Source of the DNA: Trichomonas gallinae
Taxonomy: Eukaryota
Reading direction: 5' to 3'
DNA length: 38,474 nt
Assembly: GCA_008369845.1 (NCBI GenBank)
Contig: MRSU01001253.1
Location: 1-38,474 of the forward strand
Made by a program: the position numbers and the translations under genes
Shown here: positions 10,399 to 19,289 of the stretch, in pieces
Layout of the letters: each line of letters opens with the position of its first letter
Numbering within the stretch: position 1 is the first letter of the stretch
Notes under the pieces: generated by a model
What the model was told of the DNA's origin: nothing
Database searches by the model: none
What the model saw: the letters and a program-made list of their open reading frames with translations, nothing else

Positions 10399-13300
10399 CT
10401 AGACATCAACAGTTGTTGGTTTTTTCTTCGCTTTTCCGGATTTCTTTCTCTTTGGCGATGCAATAGGAGAATCAGGTATACTAGATGAAACAATAGGAGA
10501 TTTATCAACATCAGACGATTTCCTTGACGTTCCACCTTCTGATGTAGTATTTAGTGAAGATGAACTTAACTTAGGAGGCTTCTTCGATAGAGTAGTCCTA
10601 CTACGTCTTCTTGTTGTTGGTTTTGGTGGAGCAAGCTCTGGAACAGGAGGCTCAATATCATCCATTGTCTTTGTGGTGAGCTTCTTTTTTCCAGCCGATC
10701 TCTTCCTTTTCCTTGACGCAGATTGTGGTGGTGCATTTGCTGAAGAAAGTCTGTCCGCAATTGGATCGACTGTCTTCGCTCGTATTTTGGCTTTCTTTCC
10801 TTTCTTCTTTCCTTTCTTAGGAACAACAGGTTTCACTGGTAGTGGCGCCGCTTCCATTGATTCGCCTTCCAGTGTTCTTGGGCCTTTAACCCTTCTGTCT
10901 GTTTCTGGGCTGACACTTCTTCCTGGTTTCAGTCCTTTCTTTCGTCCGACACGTCTAACCGGAACGCTGTCATCCAATGTCACTGCTTCACCCTTCAGTT
11001 TGGGGCTCTTTGTTGCCTTTGATGTTTTAGCGCTCTTCGTCGATTTCGTGCTTTTATTATCGTCATTATCAAGTTTAGGATTCATGAAGTCCACATCTAA
11101 GCCGAGGTTGATGTCGTCGAGCGAAGATGGAGTCATTTTGTTGAGCCCGAGGTCAACGAGTGGTGCCTGATTAGTCGTCGTAATAGTAGTAGGAGTAATA
11201 GGAGTAATACTCGCTTGAATTGTGCTCAGATCTGGGATGTTGCTCTTTATCGGCTGGCTCAGCAGGCTTTGCTCCAGCGTCAGTGTTTTCATCAGCAGAC
11301 TTTGTTCCAGCGTCGGTGATTTGATCGGCTGGCTCAGCAGGTTGTTGTCCTGCGGCTGCTTTATCATCGTCTGGTTCAGCTGGGCGAGGTTCTGGGACTG
11401 GGGCTGCTGGGACTGGCTGAGAAGACTCTCCAGAAGTGTCTTCTGTGGAATAAGTGGTCCGCTCATAAGAGGAGATGTAGGTGTCAGAGGAATCGTCGGA
11501 GTCAGAGGAATCGATTGGATCTTGGTGGCGCCTTCTTGGGTCTTTGCTTGTTGAGGAGCCGCAGGTGTCTGTATCTGTCTCTTGCGCATCTGTGGCTCCG
11601 CCATCGCTTTTTTTCGCTCGTTGACTTCGTTGATTATGTCTTCGTCCGAGTAGACTGGAATATTTGGCATCACAGGCAGTTTGTTCTGCGATATATTTTC
11701 AGGCATTAAGTCTAACGATTGCATTAAATATGATGATGGTTGTGATGTTGGAAGATAATCGAGGCTGGCTGGTTCTCTGAATGGTGAGTGTGGTACTGGT
11801 GCCGGTCTGATCAGTTCTGTATCCAAATAATTGCGATATTCGTCTTTCTTATTTTCTGTATTGATTTCTAGCTCTTCTCCATCAGACATGTGCTGAAAAA
11901 GCATCGCTACTGAGAACGTGAAGTTCCATGATGCACATGTTGATGATGAAATCCTGTTTTTGAGCTGATCATATTTTTCAACAAACTGCTCGTGGTTATT
12001 TGAAATCGTTTGGAAGATAACTGATGAAAATTCATCATAATGCTCATCACTGACAAGCTGAAATTGAGCATCTGGGCATGGATCTGAAATTACAGATAAG
12101 AAAACGTCAAGTTGTGGATGTATCCTAAAGGAAACACGTTTGTTCCATTCCCATATCTCAGGGTTTGTCGTTTCAATTGTCTTGTGCTGGAAAATTGGCT
12201 TAATGAAGTGTAATAAGTCTTGAATTGCGTTTTTGTTCTTTAATTGGACGCTGGGGAACGGTTCAAAGCCAAGGATACCATTAATAAGAATGTTCTCAAA
12301 GTACAGTGATGAAATAAGATTAAAAACAACCTCACGGTTGTTATTATAAATAGCAGCATAAGATCTAACGAAAGATAGGAAATGAGAGATCGGGCTTGGA
12401 AATATGCCATAACTGCCGAGAATATACTTTATGAATGAGAAAACAATAATCTCAGCAATTTGCGTATTGCAATCTGATGAATATAATCTTAAGCTTGGCG
12501 CTCTGTTGTCAATGTATTTGATAAGCTTGGACAAAAAGCGCTCGAAGTATGACTCGTAATATCTCGTAACTAAAATTTTGAAAAATTGGGATGAATTTAA
12601 GTTCTTCAATACTATGTCATTGATGTTGCTGCCGACAAGTTCGAGGTCGCAGAGAACAATTGTGCTAAACAGAATGTTGATTCTTGACTCAGTAGCGAAA
12701 ATATCGATTAATGCGGAAAAGAATGTAGGAGGAGAGGCTCCAAGTTGGTTGTGTACGTTTAATATAGCTCTTAAAACTGTATTATTGTTATCAGTAAGGT
12801 AAGGAACCGCGTAATCATAGAAAGTCGGTGGAAATGGAGCTCTTGCAGCGGAAAGGAAAGTAACCGTCAGATCCTGTGATTCATCATTGACATCTGCCCA
12901 TGAAACGACTGTTTTTGGGTCCATAGGATAAAAAGTTATGTCTTTATCTCCATTTTTTCCATGAAATGTAACAGAATTCGACTCTAATGAAATTGAAACG
13001 CTTGCAACGTTTCCTTCTTGTTGTTTGGCCAACTTGTTTGACTCATTTAACGCGTAAAATTCGTATTTATTGTCTGAAAATAAGAAAATCCAGCAAGAAT
13101 TTTTGGAACGGCTTTCAATTCTGCAGTTAGTGAAGCCAATTAATTTATGTCTCGTTTCTGATTTGGGAATGAAAGACATAATCAGCCATTTTAATATAAC
13201 ATCTCTGTTATCGCAATCGTGAAGGAGTTTTCCGAGGAAGTAAAACATTGATGTGGCAATTGGTGAGACTTTCTTGAGTCTCGGGGGCCAGTAATTGGCC

Positions 13301-13554
13301 ATTTTTGAGAATTTTTCAGCTGGAAATTCTTTATGTAAGATGTTTTGCACTTGTTTAAATGTATTTGTTGGGTTCTGCGATAATGTTTCAGGCGAATAAA
13401 CACTCGCATCTTGTTGTAACGCATTTTGAAATTCAGTTAAATCTCCTACTTGTTGTTGGAGACTCTCGAAATCATGTTTCTCGACCTTTTCTCTATAAAA
13501 ATTTGATGGTTTGTTGTACCGAATGAATGGCAAATCTGTAGATTGTCGATTCAT
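10399..13554 (-). CDS. PH-like + degenerate RasGAP-like domain protein with a long Pro/Ser/Lys-rich disordered tail (1051 aa)
   Basis: Intact ORF. A beta-rich segment ending in ...KTVVSW is PH-like. A helical region follows RasGAP spacing (IVLKNLNSSQFFK...YFERFLSKLIKYI...FIKYILGSYGIFPSPISHFLSFVR...LISSLYFENILINGI). The C-terminal ~450 aa are low complexity with short repeats (LLSQPIKS x2, TLEQSLL x2, IPLTPT x2). The CDS is secure; the domain call is by eye. Confidence 0.6.
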   Translation of the reverse strand: MNRQSTDLPFIRYNKPSNFYREKVEKHDFESLQQQVGDLTEFQNALQQDASVYSPETLSQNPTNTFKQVQNILHKEFPAEKFSKMANYWPPRLKKVSPIATSMFYFLGKLLHDCDNRDVILKWLIMSFIPKSETRHKLIGFTNCRIESRSKNSCWIFLFSDNKYEFYALNESNKLAKQQEGNVASVSISLESNSVTFHGKNGDKDITFYPMDPKTVVSWADVNDESQDLTVTFLSAARAPFPPTFYDYAVPYLTDNNNTVLRAILNVHNQLGASPPTFFSALIDIFATESRINILFSTIVLCDLELVGSNINDIVLKNLNSSQFFKILVTRYYESYFERFLSKLIKYIDNRAPSLRLYSSDCNTQIAEIIVFSFIKYILGSYGIFPSPISHFLSFVRSYAAIYNNNREVVFNLISSLYFENILINGILGFEPFPSVQLKNKNAIQDLLHFIKPIFQHKTIETTNPEIWEWNKRVSFRIHPQLDVFLSVISDPCPDAQFQLVSDEHYDEFSSVIFQTISNNHEQFVEKYDQLKNRISSSTCASWNFTFSVAMLFQHMSDGEELEINTENKKDEYRNYLDTELIRPAPVPHSPFREPASLDYLPTSQPSSYLMQSLDLMPENISQNKLPVMPNIPVYSDEDIINEVNERKKAMAEPQMRKRQIQTPAAPQQAKTQEGATKIQSIPLTPTIPLTPTSPLMSGPLIPQKTLLESLLSQSQQPQSQNLAQLNQTMIKQPQDNNLLSQPIKSPTLEQSLLMKTLTLEQSLLSQPIKSNIPDLSTIQASITPITPTTITTTNQAPLVDLGLNKMTPSSLDDINLGLDVDFMNPKLDNDDNKSTKSTKSAKTSKATKSPKLKGEAVTLDDSVPVRRVGRKKGLKPGRSVSPETDRRVKGPRTLEGESMEAAPLPVKPVVPKKGKKKGKKAKIRAKTVDPIADRLSSANAPPQSASRKRKRSAGKKKLTTKTMDDIEPPVPELAPPKPTTRRRSRTTLSKKPPKLSSSSLNTTSEGGTSRKSSDVDKSPIVSSSIPDSPIASPKRKKSGKAKKKPTTVDV

Positions 13555-14213
13555 TCGGGAAGAAAAATTTTAAAAGATTTTATTATGTCACGTTTTGATT
13601 TAAATAAGGTTAAATTGGATTAAACTTTTTTTTTCTTATTTTTTGATGTAAATGGATTAACATAACAATAATTAATTGGATTTTTAGATTTAAATATGAC
13701 TCTCACTCTTATTTGATCTGTAAATCCAGTAAATTTTAAAATAACATTAATTATAGTATGTACTTCTATTTTAATCATATTTTGTCAATTTAACTTTTTG
13801 TTTTCTTTTAAGATTTTTCAATTTTTTTCTTTTTTCAAAAAACTACTATTATTAAATGGGGCATATGCATATGTGCTAAGTGTGGATTTATATGATTAAT
13901 ATTTAGAAAAAAGTATAAAAATATTAATTATACAAGAATATTAGTGACGAAATAGACAAAATTCGAAAAAATATGTGTGTGTATCTATAATATTATATTA
14001 GTTGAGTGAATTAAGATCCGAATAAAGAATAATTTATAAAATGAAATTAGATTTCTTTATTTTACGAAATAGCAATGAAAAGACATACTTTCTACGATAT
14101 TTTAGTATTATAAACAAACCCAACATTAAGATAACAATTCTATATATAATTTTGTATTATGCTTATATATATTATGTAGGTTTATACCGATAAATAGTGG
14201 TAATCTTTTAGTT

Positions 14214-16067
14214 CTAGATATTAGTCTTCTTCCTGAAATCATCAGAAAGAGATTTTAATTGACTATATTTGACTTTATAGTCAACTTTGCCATCATCTTT
14301 GTCGTCCTCAATGATGTCCAGTAAATCATCATAAAGATCATTATATCTTTTCAGACTCCTGTCTTTCTTGGATCTCTTGTCAAATTCAACAATACAATCT
14401 TCTACTTCTCTTTTCAGCTTCATGTAATCATCGATGATTTTTCTCTTTGCAATTCTTTGGTTCATTTCTTGCCTTTGTACTTCGCCGATTACATCGCCGT
14501 TCTGGATCTCGAATGTTGTTTCTTGGAGATGCTCTGAAAGCGGAACAATTTTGATTATAATCATCTCCTCTACATTGATTTCAAAAACAACATTGAAGAG
14601 AACTTCACCTGGCTTTTGACTCTTAACAACAAGTTTAAAGTTTTTAATTGCTTGTGATTCAGCGAGCTTTTCTCCCATTAAAACTTCTAGAGAAATTATT
14701 TCAGCAGACTTTGATATCATTTTATATTTCTGCTGGCTAGAGCATGGGAGTCTAGTGCCTTTCTTGCACAGAACCTTAAGATATGGGTTACCATGGGAAT
14801 CAACGGATTTCAATCCATATGAATGTGCTAACTTGAAGATAGTCAAATTCTCTACTTCATCAATTGTTTTAGAATCAGTTTGTTTCGGTTTTAATTCTGA
14901 TTGATTTGGCTTAGATTCGGTTTGTTTTGTTGGCGCTTTGCGATTCCATGGCTCTGTGGATGCGTGCATAGCAGCACCGATTGCGACAGCGAAGAGAGGA
15001 TCGACACCAGCGATAGGTTTGTATCCTTCTGCTTCGAGTTTTTCGGTGACTAAAGGAATGGCTGATGAACCTCCAATTAAAATGATCTGTTTCTCTGCTG
15101 TGCAGTGTGTTGCAACTTCGTGTGTCAACTTTACTGTCTTTTCAATGATTTCGTTTATCATTCTGTTGAATTCCGCTTTCCTTATTGACAATGTATATTC
15201 TTTGTCACCAAACATGATTTGTTCCTTGCAAACATTCAAATTATTTAGATTGTGCTTCATCGTTTGGCAAGTTTCTTTAAGATTGAACTTGTAATTTGGA
15301 TTGTTTAAGATGTCGATGCCTAAATCTTTTTGTATCTTATCGACAAAATGATCAAAGAGCAAATTATCTATATCCTGACCTCCAAGAAGAGGATCGCCTT
15401 CTGTTTCTGTGATTTCAATCTTATTTCCTGAAATCTCAGCCAATGCAATATCGAAAGTTCCGCCTCCAAAATCATATATGAGCACGTTGTGTTTCTCTGC
15501 TATTCCTAATGTATCGCTACAGAATCGTGCCGCAGCGACTGGCTCTGATAAACAGAAAATCTTTTCAAATCCAGCATTTTGTGCTGCGATTTTTGTAAGT
15601 TCTTTCTGATTTGAATCGAAGGCATTGGGGACAGTGATAACAGCGTTTTTGATTTCCCTTCGTAGATGTCTTTCGGTATTAATCTTGATATATTTCAAAA
15701 TCTCACTGGAAACTTCAACAGGATAGATTGTCTCATGAGTCACATCATCTATTTCTATTCTAAATGTTCCTGTTTTGTCTGTAATGATTGTAAACGGCCA
15801 CATTTTCTGAAATTTACGAATTTCGAAGTATTTTTTGTTTAACATTCTCTTTGAGTCAAAAATGACACGTTTTGGATAAGTAAATGACATATCATTAGCT
15901 CTTTTTCCCACAACTGTGTTGCCATTTGGAAGATAACAAACTTTTGATGGAATTGCCTGCTGATTTTCTATCGATATAACTTCAGCTCTCTTCGTCTTAG
16001 CATTATAGACTGCGACACTTGAATAAGTAGTTCCGAGATCGATTCCTATATATAAATCATCGCTCAT
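14214..16067 (-). CDS. Divergent Hsp70/DnaK-family protein (617 aa)
   Basis: GIDLGTTYS, AVITVPNAF, SEPVAAA, IYDFGGGTFDI, GDPLLGGQDID and LIGGSSAIP are Hsp70 nucleotide-binding-domain signatures. The substrate-binding region is divergent. There is no EEVD, signal peptide or ER-retention tail. Confidence 0.93.
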   Translation of the reverse strand: MSDDLYIGIDLGTTYSSVAVYNAKTKRAEVISIENQQAIPSKVCYLPNGNTVVGKRANDMSFTYPKRVIFDSKRMLNKKYFEIRKFQKMWPFTIITDKTGTFRIEIDDVTHETIYPVEVSSEILKYIKINTERHLRREIKNAVITVPNAFDSNQKELTKIAAQNAGFEKIFCLSEPVAAARFCSDTLGIAEKHNVLIYDFGGGTFDIALAEISGNKIEITETEGDPLLGGQDIDNLLFDHFVDKIQKDLGIDILNNPNYKFNLKETCQTMKHNLNNLNVCKEQIMFGDKEYTLSIRKAEFNRMINEIIEKTVKLTHEVATHCTAEKQIILIGGSSAIPLVTEKLEAEGYKPIAGVDPLFAVAIGAAMHASTEPWNRKAPTKQTESKPNQSELKPKQTDSKTIDEVENLTIFKLAHSYGLKSVDSHGNPYLKVLCKKGTRLPCSSQQKYKMISKSAEIISLEVLMGEKLAESQAIKNFKLVVKSQKPGEVLFNVVFEINVEEMIIIKIVPLSEHLQETTFEIQNGDVIGEVQRQEMNQRIAKRKIIDDYMKLKREVEDCIVEFDKRSKKDRSLKRYNDLYDDLLDIIEDDKDDGKVDYKVKYSQLKSLSDDFRKKTNI

Positions 16068-16126
16068 TTTATTTCTAAAAAAAATGCCAACATATTCATT
16101 AATATGTAAACTTTAAATGTCAAATA

Positions 16127-16198
16127 TGTCACGTAAAGTTTACGTGTCATTATGTCACGTAAAATTGTCAATTTTACTTCTCAAATATGTCACGTAAA
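16127..16198. promoter_or_regulatory. Cluster of four TGTCACGTAAA-type motifs upstream of the Hsp70 gene
   Basis: TGTCACGTAAA occurs at 16127, 16153 and 16188, and inverted TTTACGTGTCA at 16139, 60-130 nt upstream of the ATG at 16067. Confidence 0.55.
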
Positions 16199-16458
16199 CT
16201 AAATTTCTATTTTTATTCATATTAATAAAACTACAACATTCATAAGCCTTAAAATATTGATTTTCATCTTTAAATTGTTTCATTTTAAAATTAAAAAAAA
16301 TCATTATTTCGCTAAATAACAAAAATATTTGTTGCTATTATGTTTGAAGGTTTTTATATCACAATGGACTTAAAATGCAGATGAATTTTTAAGTTAATAT
16401 TGAAAGCTAATATATTTACTTTATAATTAACAAAAACATTATGAATATGTATTGGTTA

Positions 16459-17331
16459 TCAGTCAAATTCGACATCAATACCCAGCCAATGTGCCAAAAA
16501 GACTGTTGCATCTTTAATTAATTGTTGCGGACGATCATCATTAGTTGAGCCAGGAACAATGTGTATTTCCTTTTCTTTGGTCGGCAAAGAATCAAATAAT
16601 ACCTGAGAATTAGATGGTGGAATAAATTCATCATCACTTCCGTGTATAAAGAATGTTGGTGTTGTGCAATAGCTTGCAAGATCTATAATATTCAATGTTT
16701 CAACATCAAATCCTGTTTCTGATAAAATTTCTTCGCGAATTTTTGGCCAGAGTTTATCATACATGCCATCTGGAACTTTCTTTTCATGTGCAATTCTCAT
16801 GCATAGCTCAGATAGAGATGAAAATGGTGTATCAGCAACAATTGCTTTGATATCTTTTCTTGTTGAAGCGATAATGAATGCTGTTACAGCACCCATTGCA
16901 CGACCCCAGAATGCGATTTTCTCGCAGCCATATAAATCCTGAACAGCTTGGACAGCTAAAATTGCATCTTGCGATTCATAATGTCCTAGAGTGACGTAAT
17001 CACCTCCACTGCATCCACATCCAGAAAAATCAAAACAAAAGACACTTATTCCTATTGGAAGAAAGAGAGAAACACAGAAACGTCCTTCAAGCTGATTGGA
17101 AGCGTTACCATGCATATATACAACGCAAGGATTGCCTTTAATCGGACTTGGAGCAGCGTAATATGATCCAACTATTGTTTGTCCTCTTAAATTCTGAAAT
17201 GATACATCTTCACGCGTGATTTCTCCGAAACCATCGATAGTAAACTTGTGTGGTATGTTCTTTAGCTTGTACTTCTCACGAGATGGTCTAATGATGCCTT
17301 TTTTAGCAAGAGAAACAACAATTCCGGACAT
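16459..17331 (-). CDS. Alpha/beta hydrolase (clan SC, S9-like), probably a non-catalytic homologue
   Basis: CVVYMHGNAS, VFCFDFSGCGCSGGDYVTLG, FWGRAMGA, IVADTPFSSL and PTFFIHGSDDEFIP match this family. The first ATG is at 17331 (the ORF track starts at a TTG). The nucleophile Ser and catalytic His are substituted. Confidence 0.88.
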   Translation of the reverse strand: MSGIVVSLAKKGIIRPSREKYKLKNIPHKFTIDGFGEITREDVSFQNLRGQTIVGSYYAAPSPIKGNPCVVYMHGNASNQLEGRFCVSLFLPIGISVFCFDFSGCGCSGGDYVTLGHYESQDAILAVQAVQDLYGCEKIAFWGRAMGAVTAFIIASTRKDIKAIVADTPFSSLSELCMRIAHEKKVPDGMYDKLWPKIREEILSETGFDVETLNIIDLASYCTTPTFFIHGSDDEFIPPSNSQVLFDSLPTKEKEIHIVPGSTNDDRPQQLIKDATVFLAHWLGIDVEFD

Positions 17332-17929
17332 CAAAACTATTGCTCTATCGTTAGATTTAAATATAAACGTGCATCATTGCTGAGAATCAGAATTTAGACG
17401 CAAATCACTGACCTCACAGTTCAAAATTTTTGGAAAATCTTGAAATTTTATTTTTGGGTTTATTGCATATTTCATTATTATATTAGCTACATATTATATA
17501 TTTTTAATGAAATGGTTTTATTTGCATATTATTTTTGTTCATGATTTCAAAATTGATATTTATGGATTGTGCTATCGGAATTAGATAATTACATGAACTG
17601 TATAAGCATTTTCGCAAATAATTTAAGCATTTTGTAGTCAAAATTCTATTTTTCAATATTTTGATTTTGTAAAAATGGATTTTTCAAGATTGTGACATAG
17701 AATTCTGATATTTATTGACACTAAATAAGCATTTTATCTAATAAATTATGCACTTTATCATCAAAATTATATTTTAATTTTTGAATTTGCAAATAGAGGT
17801 TTTTAATAACAACATGATGATTCAAAATTTATAAAAAGATGATATCTGTAAATAATGAATAGATTTGATATAGATAAACATACTTTATATATAAAATAAA
17901 AAACAAAATAACATTACTTAAAGTAATTC

Positions 17930-19054
17930 TTAAGGATTGATTGAATTTTCAAGCTTTTGGGGTAGCATTGTTATATTTTCATCATCTTCAACCAAATTCG
18001 AGTGAGGAAGCTCACCACGTGGTCTTTTGCTTGAATGACGAGTTGATTTACGCTTAGTGAGTATTGCGTATACAAATATTGTTGCGCTGAGAAATACTGT
18101 GAAATATGGAACAACAATTGGATAAGGATGCTCAAATGATGGGGTTCTTGTTGGTAGAACGACAAATTTTGTAGGAGTAGGCGTTTGCACTGGTGTAGCC
18201 GTTGGAAATGGTGTTGGTTTATCAGATAAAATTAAATCTTCATCCGAAATTGGTACATCTGAGCTTGTTTCATTTTGAATTATTATATTATCTACAATTG
18301 TTGCTTTATGCCAGTTTTTCATGCCACCAGATGATTTTCCAAGTGATATAACTTGAATTTGACTTGCTTTAGATAGATCTCTTTGCTCTAAAACCTTTGA
18401 AAGATACTTCATGTCTTCAGCATCTGGCTCATTTGGATTTTCTAATATAACTAATGCTTCATCTGAACGTTTTTGTGATTTTCGATTTTTGCTTGAATGT
18501 TTATATTTCTTTCTGTAAAGTGGCTTGATTAATGAATAATCTGATGATGATTCTGTCGAAACTGAACTTGAAGGAGTTTTATCAAAATTAAAATCGGAAT
18601 TTGAGAAAGATGAATCATCTTGATAATTACTAGAGTCAGTGTCCTGATCATCTTCATCAATTTCGGATTTTGAAGAAGTATTGGATATTGAGATATTTTC
18701 ATTTATATTATTTTCAAGATTTAAGCTATTTACTAGTGTTTCATTTAGTAATTCAATATTTCCGGAAGTAGAATTTGTTGTTTTTTTCTTAATTAAAGAT
18801 GAATTAAATTTTGATTCGTTAAATACTTTGGTTTCGTTAGCTGTAATAGATGTATTTGTTTTTGAAGAAATATATGTATTATTTGTCGTATTAATTTGTG
18901 TAAAATCCGAATGAATATGAAATTGAAATATATGAATGGGTGGTCGTGCATGGAAAGATCCAAAACCTAAATATTTTGGCAGCGCTTTGGCATATTTAGT
19001 AGGATCTGATGATAAAGAGAGAAATATTGATAGAAAACAGAAAAAAGAAATCAT
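17930..19054 (-). CDS. Type I membrane/surface glycoprotein of unknown function (374 aa)
   Basis: Hydrophobic signal-like N-terminus (MISFFCFLSIFLSLSS), Asn/Ser/Thr-rich ectodomain with many N-X-S/T sequons, PTPFPTATPVQTPTPT stalk, TM-like PIVVPYFTVFLSATIFVYAIL, then a basic stop-transfer (KRKS). Confidence 0.8.
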   Translation of the reverse strand: MISFFCFLSIFLSLSSDPTKYAKALPKYLGFGSFHARPPIHIFQFHIHSDFTQINTTNNTYISSKTNTSITANETKVFNESKFNSSLIKKKTTNSTSGNIELLNETLVNSLNLENNINENISISNTSSKSEIDEDDQDTDSSNYQDDSSFSNSDFNFDKTPSSSVSTESSSDYSLIKPLYRKKYKHSSKNRKSQKRSDEALVILENPNEPDAEDMKYLSKVLEQRDLSKASQIQVISLGKSSGGMKNWHKATIVDNIIIQNETSSDVPISDEDLILSDKPTPFPTATPVQTPTPTKFVVLPTRTPSFEHPYPIVVPYFTVFLSATIFVYAILTKRKSTRHSSKRPRGELPHSNLVEDDENITMLPQKLENSINP

Positions 19055-19065
19055 TACAATATTTC

Positions 19066-19113
19066 TGACATTTTGTCAATGTAAATTAAATTCATTACTT
19101 TACATGACATTTC
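19066..19113. repeat. 48-nt imperfectly palindromic dispersed repeat, copy A
   Basis: 42/48 identical to 22464-22510. 19080-19109 is 28/30 identical to 22267-22296. Confidence 0.8.
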
Positions 19114-19289
19114 TACTCCCAATAACTTAATTATATATTTGCATGACAACTTCCATTATAAGTCCATTACTTTATAGTTGATGGGGTTGTCATAACTGAG
19201 CTTTCTAAAAATAATTGCTTTTTGATATATCTATGTATTGTACAATGATTAGTTCTTCTATCTAAAACATAAAACATTTTTTATTAAAG

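Noticed and set aside
17345..17368. 24-nt minus-strand GTTTAT...TCTAACGATAG resembling a short trichomonad intron upstream of the hydrolase
   Set aside because: Splicing at any nearby AG does not join the upstream ATGs in frame with the hydrolase, and the 3' motif is imperfect. A 5'-UTR intron cannot be excluded without RNA data.
17340..17425. Possible box C/D snoRNA (CTGA and ATGATGC motifs)
   Set aside because: No proper RUGAUGA box C, terminal box D or closing stem.
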